From the human T2T-CHM13v2.0 reference genome, Homo sapiens, in NCBI RefSeq assembly GCF_009914755.1, contig NC_060940.1: a stretch of DNA of 64,000 nt; one strand, 5' to 3'. The notes beneath the pieces were generated by a model. That model was not told the DNA's origin. It ran no database searches and worked only from the letters and a program-made list of their open reading frames with translations. This document shows, piece by piece, positions 31,537 to 46,300 of the stretch. Position numbers and translations under genes: made by a program. Numbering within the stretch: the stretch's first letter is position 1; every line of letters starts with the position of its first letter.

Positions 31537-34500
31537 TCAAGTGCATTCGATGATATCATTCGATTCCATTTGATGATAATTCCATTTGATTCCATGCGAT
31601 GATTCTATTCGATTCCATTCAATGATAATTCCATTCAGTTCAGTGATTCCTCTGGACTCCATTTGATGATGATTCCATTCAATGATTCCATTCGATTCTA
31701 TTCGAAAATGATTCCATTTGAATCCATTTGATGATGATTCCATTAGATTCCATTTGATGATTCCATTCGATTCCATGTGACGATGATTCCATTCGATTCC
31801 ATGTGATGATTCCATTCTATTCTATTCGATGATGATTCCATTCGATTCCATTCGATGATGATTGGATTCGATTCCATTTGATGATTTCATTTGATTCCAT
31901 TCGTTAATGATTTCGATCAATTCCATTCGATGATTCCATTCGATTCCATTCGATAATGATTACATCCGTGTCCATTCAGTGATTCCATTTGAGCCTGTTC
32001 GATAATTCCATTTGAGTCCAACCAATGATTCCATTCATTTCCCTTCCATGATTCCATTCGAGTCCATTTGATCATTCCGGTAGGGTCCATTCGATGTTGA
32101 TTCCATTGGAGTGCATTCGATGATTCCATTCGAGTCCATTTTATGATTCGATTCGAGTTCTTTCGATGATTCCATTCGATTCCACTCGATGATGATTTCA
32201 TTCGAGTCCATTCGACACTTCCAATCGATTCCATTTGATGTTTCCATTCGAGTCCAATTGATGATTCCATTCAATTCCATTCGATGATGATTCCGTACGA
32301 TTCCATTCTGTGATGATTCCATGTGATTGCATTCAATGATGATTCCTTTAGATTGCATTCGATTGTGATTCATTTCGTCTTCATTCTATGGTTCCACAGG
32401 TTTCCATTCGTGTCCATTCCATTATTCCATTCTATTCCATTTGATGATGATTCCATTCGATTCCATTCATTGGTGATTCCACTCAATTCCATTCAATGAT
32501 TCCATTCCATTTCTTTCAACAATGATTCCATTAGTTTCTAATCGATGATCCACTTGATTCCATTTGACGACGATTCCATTCTTGTCCATTCGATGATTCC
32601 ATTTGATTCCATATGATGATGATTCCATTCGATTCCATACGATGATGATTCCATTCGAGTCCATTCAATGGTGATTCCATTCAATTCCATTCGATGATTC
32701 CTTTCGATTCCATTCGATGATGATGGCATTCGATTCCTTTCAATCATTCCCTTTGATTCCATTCAAAGGTGATTTCATTCAAGTCCATTCGATAATTGCA
32801 TTCGATTCCATTCTATGATGATTCCATTCGAGTCCATTTGATGATTCCATTCAATTCAAGTCAATGATGATTCCATTCGATTCCATTCGATGATTCCATT
32901 GGATTCCATTCGATGATGATTCCATTCAAATCCATTCGATAATTCAATTCAAGTCCATTCGATGATGATTAAAATCGAATCCATTCAAAGATTCCATTCA
33001 GTTCCATTCGATGATTCCCTTAGATTCCATTCGATGATTCCACTTGATTTCATTTACGATGATTCCATTCGATTCCATGTGATGATTCCATTCAATTCTA
33101 TTCAATGCTGTTTCCATTTCTTTCCATTCGACCATGATTGCCTTTGATTCCATTCAATGACTCCATTCGGTTCCTTTTGATGATGATTCCGTTCGATTCC
33201 ATTTCATTATTCCATTTGATTCCATTGGATGAGTCCATTCGATTACATTCGATGATTATTCCATTCGAGTGCATTAGATGATTCCATTCGAGTCCATTCG
33301 ATGATTCCATTCGATTCCATTCGATGTTGATTCTGTTCAAATCCATTCGATGATTCCACTCGATTCCATTCGATGACTCCAGTTGATCCCATTCGATGAT
33401 TTCCTTTGATTCCCTTTGATGATCATTTCGTTTGATTCAATTCGGTGATTTCATTTGATTCCATTCAGTGATGTTTCCATTCGACTCCATTCGATGATGA
33501 TTCCATTCGACTCCATTCGATGATGATTCCATTCGACTCCATTCGATTATGATTTCATTCAATTCCATTCGATAAAGATTCCCTTCGAGTCCATTCGATG
33601 ATTCCATTCGATTCCATTCAACGATGATTTGATTCGTGTCCATTCGATGATTCCATTTGATTCCACTTGATGATGATTCCATTCGAGTCCATTTGATGAT
33701 TCCATTCAATTCCATTCTCCGATGATTTCTTTTGAGCCCACTCAATGCTTCCACTCGATTCCATATGATGATGACTCCATTCGATGAAATTCGATGATGA
33801 TTCCATTCGCTTGCATTCGATGATGATTCCACTTGAGTCCATTAGAAGATTCTATTCAATTACATTCCATGACGATTCCGTTCGAGTCCATTTGATGATT
33901 CCATTAGACTCCATTCGACGATGATTCCATTCGATGTTATTCGATGATTCCATTCGATCTCATTCGATGATGATTCCATTCAACTCCATTCGATGTTTCC
34001 ATTCGAGTTCATTCTATTATTCCATTAGATTCCATTCGATGATGATTCCATTCGATTCCATTTGATGATTGCATTCTATTTCATTTGATGATGATTCCAT
34101 TCGAGTCCACTCGATGATTCCATTCGAGTCCATTTAATGAATCCATTGGTTTCAATTCTATGATGATTACATTGGATTCCATTCGTTGATGATTTCATTC
34201 GGTTCCATTCAATGATGATTCCATTCAATTCCTTTCAATGTTTCCATTCAATTCCATACGATGATGATTCCATTTGATTTGATTCGACAGTGAGCCATTC
34301 GATTCAATTCCATGATGATTCTATTTGATTCAATTGGTTGACATTTCCATTCGATTCCATTCGATGATGATTCCCTTTGATTCCGTTCAAAGATGATTCC
34401 ATTCTAGCCCATTCAATCATTCCATTCGATTCTATTCAATGATGATTCCATTCATGTCGATTTGGTGATTCCATTTGACTTCATTTGATGATGATTCCTT

Positions 34501-37261
34501 TCAAGTTCATTAGATGATTCCATTCGATTCCATTTGATGATGATCCCATTCGAGTCCATTCAGTGATTCCACTCGTTTCCATTCCATGATGATTCCATTC
34601 CATTCCATTCAATGATTCCATTCGATTCCGTTTGATGATGATTTCATTCGAGTCCATTTGATGATTCCATTTGATTCCATTCGATGATGATTCCATTCGA
34701 GTCCATTCGATGATTCTATTCGAATCCATTTGATGATTTCTTTTGATTATATTTGGTGATGATTCCATTGGAGTCCATTCAATGATTCCATTCGATTCCA
34801 ATCGATGGTGATTCCATTAGAGTCCATTTAATGATTCCATTTGATTCCAGTCTCTGATGATTACATTCGAGTCCATACGATGATTCCACTCAATTCCATA
34901 TCATGATGATTCCATTCGATTCCATTCGATGATTCCATTCTATTCTATTCAATGGTGATTCCATTCGAGTACATTAGATGATTTCATTCGATTCCATTCA
35001 ATGATGATTCTATTTGTGTCCCTTAGATGATTCCACATGATTCCATTAGATGATGATACTATTTGAGCCCATCCAATGATTCCCTTCGATTCCATTCGAT
35101 GAGGATTCCATTCGATTCAATTCATTGGTGATTCTATTCAATTCAATTCTTTGATTCCATTCCATTCCATTCGACAATGATTCCATTCGATTTCTTTCGA
35201 TGATTCCACTCGATTCCACTTGACATTGATTCCCTTCGATTCCATTCAATGATTCCATTTGATTCCAGTGGATGATGATTGCCATCGATTCCATTTGATC
35301 ACTCCATTCTATTCCACTTGATGATGATTACATTCGATTCCATTTGACGATTCCATCTGATTCTATTCGAGGATTCCATTTGATTCCATTCGATGATGAT
35401 TCCATTCGAGTCCATTCGATGATATCATTCGAGTACATCCAATGATTCCATTCGAGTCCATTTGATGATTCCATTTGATTCCATTTGATAATGATTCTAC
35501 TAGAGTCCATTCAATGACTCCATTGGAGTCCATTCAACAATTCCATTCGACTCCATTTGATGATTCCATTGGATTCCATTTGATGATTCCATTCGAGTCC
35601 ATTTAATCATTACAGTCGAGTCCATTTGGTGATTCCACCGGATTTCTTTTGATAATGATACCATTCAATTACATTTGATGATGATCCCATTCAATTTCAT
35701 TTGATGATGATTCCATTAGAGTCCATTCGATGATTTCATTCGAGTCCCTTCATTGATTCCATCCGATTTCATTGGATGATGACTCCATTCGAGTCCATTC
35801 GATGATTCCACTCGATTCCATTAGATGATTCCATTGGAGTCCATTTGATTGTTCCATTCGATTCCATTCGATTCCTTTCGAAGATTATTCCATTTGAGTC
35901 CATTCGATGATGATTCCATTCCATTCCATTCGATGATTCCGTTTGATTCCATTCGATGATTCCCTTCCATTCCTTTCTTTGATGATTCCATTCCATTCCA
36001 TTCAATGATTCCATTCGAATCTATTCCATGATGATTCCTTTCGATTCCATTCGCTGATGTTTCCGTTCAATTCCATTCGATGATGATTCCATTCGATTCC
36101 ATTCATTGAGGATTCCATTTGATTCCATTCAATGATGATTCCGTTCTATTCCATTCAATGATTGCATTCAATTCCATTCAGTGATTATCCCCTTAGAGTA
36201 AACTCAACGATTCCATTCAATACCATTCGATGATGATTCCTTTTGAGTCCATTCAATGATTTCATTCAAGTCCATTTGATGATTCCTTTCAATTCCATTC
36301 TATGATGATTCCATTCGAGTCCATTCGATGATTCCATTCGATTGCATTCGATTATTCCATTATATTCCAGTCAACGATGATTCCATTCGAGTCCATTCGA
36401 TGATTCCATTAGAGTACATTTAATGATTGCTTTGTTTTCAATTCGAAGATGATTACATTGGATTCCATTCTATGATACCATTCGATTCCATTCAATGATG
36501 ATTCCACTCAAATCCATTGGATGATTCCATTCGTGTCCATTCGGTGATTTCATTAGATTCCATTCGAGGATGATTCCATTCGATTCCATTCGATGATTCC
36601 ATTCAATTCCATTCGAGGATGATTCCATTCCAGTCCATATGATCATTCCATTTGATTTCATTCGATGATGATTCCATTCGATTCCATTCGATGATTCCAT
36701 TTGATTCCATGCGTCGGTGAGCAATTCGATTCAATTCCATGATGATTCTATTTGATTCAATTAGATGATGTTTCCATTCGAATCCATTCCATGATTATTC
36801 CATTGGAATCCATTCGGCGATGATTCCATATGAGTCAATTCAATGATGATTCCATATGGGTCCGTTCGATGATAATTCCATTTGATTTCATTCGGTGCTT
36901 CTATTCAATTCCAGTCGATGATGATTCCGTTGGAGTCCATACGATGATTCCATTTGATTTCATTTGATGATGATTCCATTCGATGATGATTACATTGGAT
37001 TCCATTCTATGATTCCATTCAATTCCATTCGTTGATGATTCGATTCCATTCAATGATGATTCCATTTGAGTTCATTCGATGATTCTATTCGATTCCGTTC
37101 GATGGTGATTCAATTCTCTTATATTGGATGAATCCACTCGATTCCATTTGATGATTATTCCATTGGAGTCCACTTAGTGAATCCTTCAGATTCTACTCGA
37201 AGATGATTCCATTCAAGTCCATTCGATGATACCATTCAATTCCATTCGTTGATGCTTCCAT
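31537..37261 (+). repeat. HOR copy 6 (5,725 bp = 6,112 +26 -413)
   Basis: Anchor at 31537 and 37262. An extra CGACTCCATTCGATGATGATTCCATT monomer sits near 33482-33533, and a deletion junction lies near 36700. Confidence 0.9.
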
Positions 37262-40200
37262 TCAAGTGCATTCGATGATATCATTCGATTCCATTTGATG
37301 ATAATTCCATTTGATTCCATGCGATGATTCTATTCGATTCCATTCAATGATAATTCCATTCAGTTCAGTGATTCCTCTGGACTCCATTTGATGATGATTC
37401 CATTCAATGATTCCATTCGATTCTATTCGAAAGTGATTCCATTTGAATCCATTTGATGATGATTCCATTAGATTCCATTTGATGATTCCATTCGATTCCA
37501 TGCGACGATGATTCCATTCGATTCCATGTGATGATTCCATTCTATTCTATTCGATGATGATTCCATTCGATTCCATTCGATGATGATTGGATTCGATTCC
37601 ATTTGATGATATCATTTGATTCCATTCGTTAATGATTTCGATCAATTCCATTCGATGATTCCATTCGATTCCATTCGATAATGATTACATCCGTGTCCAT
37701 TCAGTGATTCCATTTGAGCCTGTTCGATAACTCCATTTGAGTCCAACCAATGATTCCATTCATTTCCATTCAATGATTCCATTCGAGTCCATTTGATCAT
37801 TCCGGTAGGGTCCATTCGATGTTGATTCCATTGGAGTGCATTCGATGATTCCATTCGAGTCCATTTTACGATTTGATTCGAGTCCTTTCGATGATTCCAT
37901 TCGATTCCACTCGATGATGATTTCATTCGAGTCCATTCGACACTTCCAATCGATTCCATTTGATGTTTCCATTCGAGTCCAATTGATGATTCCATTCAAT
38001 TCCATTCGATGATGATTCCGTAGGATTCCATTCTGTGATGATTCCATGTGATTGCATTCAATGATGATTCCTTTAGATTGCATTCGATTGTGATTCATTT
38101 CGTCTTCACTCTATGGTTCCACAGGTTTCCATTCGTGTCCATTCCATTATTCCATTCTATTCCATTTGATGATGATTCCATTCGATTCCATTCATTGGTG
38201 ATTCCACTCAATTCCATTCAATGATTCCATTCCATTTCTTTCAACAATGATTCCATTAGTTTCTAATCGATGATCCACTTGATTCCATTTGACGACGATT
38301 CCATTCTTGTCCATTCGATGATTCCATTTGATTCCATATGATGATGATTCCATTCGATTCCATACGATGATGATTCCATTCGAGTCCATTCAATGGTGAT
38401 TCCATTCAATTCCATTCGATGATTCCTTTCGATTCCATTCGATGATGATGGCATTCGATTCCTTTCAATCATTCCCTTTGATTCCATTCAAAGGTGATTT
38501 CATTCAAGTCCATTCGATAATTGCATTCGATTCCATTCTATGATGATTCCATTCGAGTCCATTTGATGATTCCATTCAATTCAAGTCAATGATGATTCCA
38601 TTCGATTCCATTCGATGATTCCATTGGATTCCATTCGATGATGATTCCATTCAAATCCATTCGATAATTCAATTCAAGTCCATTCGATGATGATTAAAAT
38701 CGAATCCATTCAAAGATTCCATTCAGTTCCATTCGATGATTCCCTTAGATTCCATTCGATGATTCCACTTGATTTCATTTACGATGATTCCATTCGATTC
38801 CATGTGATGATTCCATTCAATTCTATTCAATGCTGTTTCCATTTGATTCCATTCGACCATGATTGCCTTTGATTCCATTCAATGACTCCATTCGGTTCCT
38901 TTTGATGATGATTCCGTTCGATTCCATTTCATTATTCCATTTGATTCCATTGGATGAGTCCATTCGATTACATTCGATGATTATTCCATTCGAGTGCATT
39001 AGATGATTCCATTCGAGTCCATTCGATGATTCCATTCGATTCCATTCGATGTTGATTCTGTTCAAATCCATTCGATGATTCCACTCGATTCCATTCGATG
39101 ACTCCAGTTGATCCCATTCGATGATTTCCTTTGATTCCCTTTGATGATCATTCCATTTGATTCAATTCGGTGATTTCATTTGATTCCATTCAGTGATGTT
39201 TCCATTCGACTCCATTCGATGATGATTCCATTCGACTCCATTCGATTATGATTTCATTCAATTCCATTCGATAATGATTCCCTTTGAGTCCATTCGATGA
39301 TTCCATTCGATTCCATTCAACGATGATTTGATTCGTGTCCATTCGATGATTCCATTTGATTCCACTTGATGATGATTCCATTCGAGTCCATTTGATGATT
39401 CCATTCAATTCCATTCTCCGATGATTTCTTTTGAGCCCACTCAATGCTTCCACTCGATTCCATATGATGATGACTCCATTCGATGAAATTCGATGATGAT
39501 TCCATTCGCTTGCATTCGATGATGATTCCACTTGAGTCCATTAGAAGATTCTATTCAATTACATTCCATGACGATTCCGTTCGAGTCCATTTGATGATTC
39601 CATTAGACTCCATTCGACGATGATTCCATTCGATGTTATTCGATGATTCCATTCGATCTCATTCGATGATGATTCCATTCAACTCCATTCGATGTTTCCA
39701 TTCGAGTTCATTCTATTATTCCATTAGATTCCATTCGATGATGATTCCATTCGATTCCATTTGATGATTGCATTCTATTTCATTTGATGATGATTCCATT
39801 CGAGTCCACTCGATGATTCCATTCGAGTCCATTTAATGAATCCATTGGTTTCAATTCTATGATGATTACATTGGATTCCATTCGTTGATGATTTCATTCG
39901 GTTCCATTCAATGATGATTCCATTCAATTCCTTTCAATGTTTCCATTCAATTCCATACGATGATGATTCCATTTGATTTGATTCGACAGGGAGCCATTCG
40001 ATTCAATTCCATGATGATTCTATTTGATTCCATTGGTTGACATTTCCATTCGATTCCATTCGATGATGATTCCCTTTGATTCCATTCAAAGATGATTCCA
40101 TTCTAGCCCATTCAATCATTCCATTCGATTCTATTCAATGATGATTCCATTCATGTCGATTTGGTGATTCCATTTGACTTCATTTGATGATGATTCCTTT

Positions 40201-43200
40201 CAAGTTCATTAGATGATTCCATTCGATTCCATTTGATGATGATCCCATTCGAGTCCATTCAGTGATTCCACTCGTTTCCATTCCATGATGATTCCATTCC
40301 ATTCCATTCAATGATTCCATTCGATTCCGTTTGATGATGATTTCATTCGAGTCCATTTGATGATTCCATTTGATTCCATTCGATGATGATTCCATTCGAG
40401 TCCATTCGATGATTCTATTCGAATCCATTTGATGATTTCTTTTGATTATAGTTGGTGATGATTCCATTGGAGTCCATTCAATGATTCCATTTGATTCCAG
40501 TCTCTGATGATTACATTCGAGTCCATACGATGATTCCACTCAATTCCATATGATGATGATTCCATTCGATTCCATTCGGTGATTCCATTCTATTCTATTC
40601 AATGGTGATTCCATTCGAGTACATTAGATGATTCCATTCGATTCCATTCAATGATGATTCTATTTGTGTCCCTTAGATGATTCCACATGATTCCATTAGA
40701 TGATGATACTATTTGAGCCCATCCAATGATACCCTTCGATATCATTCGATGAGGATTCCATTCGATTCAATTCATTGGTGATTCTATTCAATTCAATTCT
40801 TTGATTCCATTCCATTCCATTCGACAATGATTCCATTCGATTTCTTTCGATGATTCCACTCGATTCCACTTGACATTGATTCCCTTCGATTCCATTCAAT
40901 GATTCCATTTGATTCCAGTGGATGATGATTGCCATCGATTCCATTCGATCACTCCATTCTATTCCATTTGATGATGATTACATTCGATTCCATTTGACGA
41001 TTCCATCTGATTCTATTCGAGGATTCCATTTGATTCCATTCGATGATGATTCCATTCGAGTCCATTCGATGATTTCATTCGAGTACATCCAATGATTCCA
41101 TTCGAGTCCATTTGATGATTCCATTTGATTCCATTTGATAATGATTCTACTAGAGTCCATTCAATGACTCCATTCGAGTCCATTCAACAATTCCATTCGA
41201 CTCCATTTGATGATTCCATTGGATTCCATTTGATGATTCCATTCGAGTCCATTTAATCATTACAGTCGAGTCCATTTGGTGATTCCACCGGATTTCTTTT
41301 GATAATGATACCATTCAATTACATTTGATGATGATCCCATTCAATTTCATTTGATGATGATTCCATTAGAGTCCATTCGATGATTTCATTCGAGTCCCTT
41401 CATTGATTCCATCCGATTTCATTGGATGATGACTCCATTCGAGTCCATTCGATGATTCCACTCGATTCCATTAGATGATTCCATTGGAGTCCATTTCATT
41501 GTTCCATTCGATTCCATTCGATTCCTTTCGAAGATTATTCCATTTGAGTCCATTCGATGATGATTCCATTCCATTCCATTCGATGATTCCGTTTGATTCC
41601 ATTCGATGATTCCCTTCGATTCCTTTCTTTGATGATTCCATTCCATTCCATTCAATGATTCCATTCGAATCTATTCCATGATGATTCCTTTCGATTCCAT
41701 TCGCTGATGTTTCCGTTCAATTCCATTCGATGATGATTCCATTCGATTCCATTCATTGAGGATTCCATTTGATTCCATTTAATGATGATTTCGTTCTATT
41801 CCATTCAATGATTGCATTCAATTCCATTCAATGATTATCCCCTTAGAGTAAACTCAACGATTCCATTCAATACCATTCGATGATGATTCCTTTTGAGTCC
41901 ATTCAATGATTTCATTCAAGTCCATTTGATGATTCCTTTCAATTCCATTCTATGATGATTCCATTCGAGTCCATTCGATGATTCCATTCGATTGCATTCG
42001 ATTATTCCATTATATTCCAGTCAACGATGATTCCATTCGAGCCCATTCGATGATTCCATTAGAGTACATTTAATGATTGCTTTGTTTTCAATTCGAAGAT
42101 GATTACATTGGATTCCATTCTATGATACCATTCGATTCCATTCAATGATGATTCCACTCAAATCCATTGGATGATTCCATTCGTGTCCATTCGGTGATTT
42201 CATTAGATTCCATTCGAGGATGATTCCATTCGATTCCATTCGATGATTCCATTCAATTCCATTCGAGGATGATTCCATTCCAGTCCATATGATCATTCCA
42301 TTTGATTTCATTCGATGATGATTCCATTCGATTCCATTCGATGATTCCATTCTATTCCATTCGATGATGATTCCATTCGAGTCCATTCGATGATTCCATT
42401 CGAGTCCATTTAATGATTCCATTGGGTTCAATTCAATGATGATTACATTGGATTCCGTTCTATGATTCCATTCAATTCCGTTCATTGACAATTTGATTCC
42501 ATTCGATGATGATTCCATTTGAGTTCATTCGATGATTCTATTCGATTCTCTTCGATGGTGATTCAATTCTATTATATTGGATGATTCCATTCGATTCCAT
42601 TTGATGTTGATTCAATTCGATTCTATTCGATGATGATTCCATTGGATTTCACTTGATGATTCTATTCGATTCCATTCAATGATGATTCACTTCTCGTCCA
42701 TTGGATGATTCCATTTCATTCCATTCGATGATGATTCCATTTGATTCCATTCGATGATTCCATTTGATTCCATGCGACGGTGAGCAATTCGATTCAATTC
42801 CATGATGATTCTATTTGATTCAATTAGATGATGTTTCCATTCGAATCCATTCCATGATTATTCCATTGGAATCCATTTGGCGATGATTCCATATGAGTCA
42901 ATTCAATGATGATTCCATATGGGTCCGTTCGATGATAATTCCATTTGATTTCATTCGATGCTTCTATTCTATTCCAGTCGATGATGATTCCGTTGGAGTC
43001 CATACGATGATTCCATTTGATTTCATTTGATGATGATTCCATTCGATGATGATTACATTGGATTCCATTCTATGATTCCATTCAATTCCATTCGTTGATG
43101 ATTCGATTCCATTCAATGATGATTCCATTTGAGTTCATTCGATGATTCTATTCGATTCCGTTCGATGGTGATTCAATTCTCTTATATTGGATGATTCCCC

Positions 43201-43324
43201 TCGATTCCATTTGATGATTATTCCATTGGAGTCCACTTAGTGAATCCTTTAGATTCTACTCGAAGATGATTCCATTCGAGTCCATTCAATGATACCATTC
43301 AATTTCATTCGTTGATGCTTCCAT
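37262..43324 (+). repeat. HOR copy 7 (6,063 bp = 6,112 -49)
   Basis: Anchor at 37262 and 43325. A 49-bp segment containing CCAATCGATGGTG is absent near 40490. Confidence 0.9.
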
Positions 43325-46300
43325 TCAAGTGCATTCGATGATATCATTCGATTCCATTTGATGATAATTCCATTTGATTCCATGCGATGATTCTATTCGA
43401 TTCCATTCAATGATAATTCCATTCAATTCAGTGATTCCTCTGGACTCCATTTGATGATGATTCCATTCAATGATTCCATTCGATTCTATTCCAAAATGAT
43501 TCCATTTGAATCCATTTGATGATGATTCCATTAGATTCCATTTGATGATTCCATTCGATTCCATTTGACGATGATTCCATTCGATTCCATTTGATGATTC
43601 CATTCTATTATATTCGATGATGATTCCATTCGATTCCATTTGATGATGATTGGATTCGATTCCATTTGATGATTTCATTTGATTCCATTCGTTAATGATT
43701 TCGATCAACTCCATTCGATGATTCCATTTGATTCCATTCGATAATGATTACATCCGAGTCCATTCGATGATTCCATTTGAGCCCGTTCGATAATTCCATT
43801 TGAGTCCAATCAATGATTCCATTCATTTCCATTCAATGATTCCATTCGAGTCCATTTGATCATTCTGGTAGGGTCCGTTCGATGTTGATTCCATTGGAGT
43901 GCATTCGATGATTCCATTCGAGTCCATTTTATGATTTGATTCGAGTCCTTTCGATGATTCCATTAGATTCCACTCGATGCTGATTTCATTCGAGTCCATT
44001 CGACACTTCCAATCGATTCCATTTGATGTTTCCATTCGAGTCCAATTGATGATTCCATTCAATTCCATTCGATGATGATTCCGTACGATTCCATTCTGTG
44101 ATGATTCCATGTGATTGCATTCAATGATGATTCCTTTCGACTGCATTCGATTATGATTCATTTCGTGTTCATTCTATGGTTCCACAGGTTTCCATTCGAT
44201 GACGTTTCCGTTCGTGTCCATTCCATTATTCCATTCTATTTCATTTGATGATGATTCCATTCGATTCCATTCATTGGTGATTCCACTCAATTCCATTCAA
44301 TGATTCCATTCCATTTCTTTCAACAATAATTCCATTACTTTCTATTCGATGATCCACTTGATTCCATTTGGCGATGATTCCATTCGTGTCCATTCGATGA
44401 TTCCATTTGATTCCATATGATGATGATTCCATTCGATTCCATACCATGATGATTCCATTCGAGTCCATTCAATGGTGATTCCATTCAATTCCATTCGATG
44501 ATTCCTTCCGATTCCATTCGATGATGATGGCATTCGATTCCTTTCAATCATTCCCTTTGATTCCATTCAAAGGTGATTTCATTCAAGTCCATTCGATAAT
44601 TGCATTCGATTCCATTCTATGATGATTCCATTCGAGTCCATTTGATGATTGCATTCAATTCAAGTCAATGATGATTCCATTTAATTCCACTCGATGATTC
44701 CATTGGATTCCATTCGATGATGATTCCATTCAAATCCATTCGATAATTCAATTCAATTCCATTCGATGATGATTCCCTTAGATTCCATTCGATGATTCCA
44801 CTTGATTCCATTTACGATGATTCCATTCGATTCCATGTGATGAATCCATTCAATTCTATTCAATGATGTTTCCATTTGATTCCATTGGACCATGATTGCC
44901 TTTGATTCCATTCAATGATTCCATTCGGTTCCATTTGATGATGATTCCGTTCGATTCCATTTCATTATTCCATTTGATTCCATTGGATGAGTCCATTCGA
45001 TTACATTCGATGATTATTCCATTCGAGTGCATTAGATGATTGCATTCGAGTCCATTCGATGATTCCATTCGATTCCATTCGATGTTGATTCTGTTCAAAT
45101 CCATTCGATGATTCCACTCAATTCCATTCGATGACTCCATTTGATCCCATTCGATGATTTCCTGTGATTCCCTTTGATGATCATTCTATTTGATTCAATT
45201 CGGTGATTTCATTTCATTCCATTCAGTGATGTTTCCATTCGACTGTATTCGATGATGATTCCATTCGACTCCATTCGATTATGATTTCATTCAATTCCAT
45301 TCAATAATGATTCCCTTCGAGTCCATTCGATGATTCCATTCGATTCCATTCATCGATGATTTGATTCGTTTCCATTCGATGATTCCATTTGATTCCACTT
45401 GATGATGATTCCATTCGAGTCCATTTGATGATTCCATTCGAGTCTATTTATATATTATATTCGTGTCCACTTCATGATTCCATTCAATTCCATTTAATGT
45501 TGATTCCATTTGATTCCATTTGATGATTCAGTTCGATTCCTTGCAATGATTCCCTACGATTCCTTTCTATGATGATTCCATTCGATTCCATTCATTGATG
45601 ATTTCATTCGACTCCATTCGATGATGATTCCTTTCGATTCCATTTGACGATGTTTCCATTCGAGTCCATTCGATGATGATTCTATTCAATTCTGTTCTAT
45701 TATGATTCCATTCGATTTCATTCAATGCTTCTATTTGATTCCATTCGATGATGATTCCATCTCTTTCCCTTCGATGATTCCATTTGATTCCATTCAGTGA
45801 TGATTCCATTTGATTCCATCTGATGATGATTTCACTTGATTCATTTCAATGATGATTCCATTCAAGTCCATTCGATGATTCCATTGGAGTCCAAACGATC
45901 ATTCCGTTCGATTCCATTCAATGGTGATTCCATTCATGTCCATTCGATGAATCCATTCAATTCCATTCGATGATGACTCCATTCGAGTACATTCGATGAT
46001 TCCATTTGATTCCATTTGAAGATGATTCCATTCAATTCCATTCGAAGATGATTCCATTCAATTCCATTCGATGATGATTCCGTATGAATCCATTCTCTGA
46101 TTATTCCATTCGATTCCATTCATTGACGATTCCATTCAATTCCATTCAATGATGATTCTCTTCTATTCCATTCGATGATTCCGGTCGATTCCATTCGATG
46201 ATGATTCCATTAGATTCCATTCGATTGTTGCATTCGATTCCCTTCGATGATGATTCCTTTGAATTCCATTCGATTATCATTCCGTATGAATCCATTTGAT

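Noticed and set aside
45445-45462. TATA-like AT-rich patch (TATTTATATATTATAT) at the start of the divergent block
   Set aside because: It is explicable as a decayed monomer, it is altered in the second copy (TATTTATGTATTATAT), and there is no other promoter evidence.
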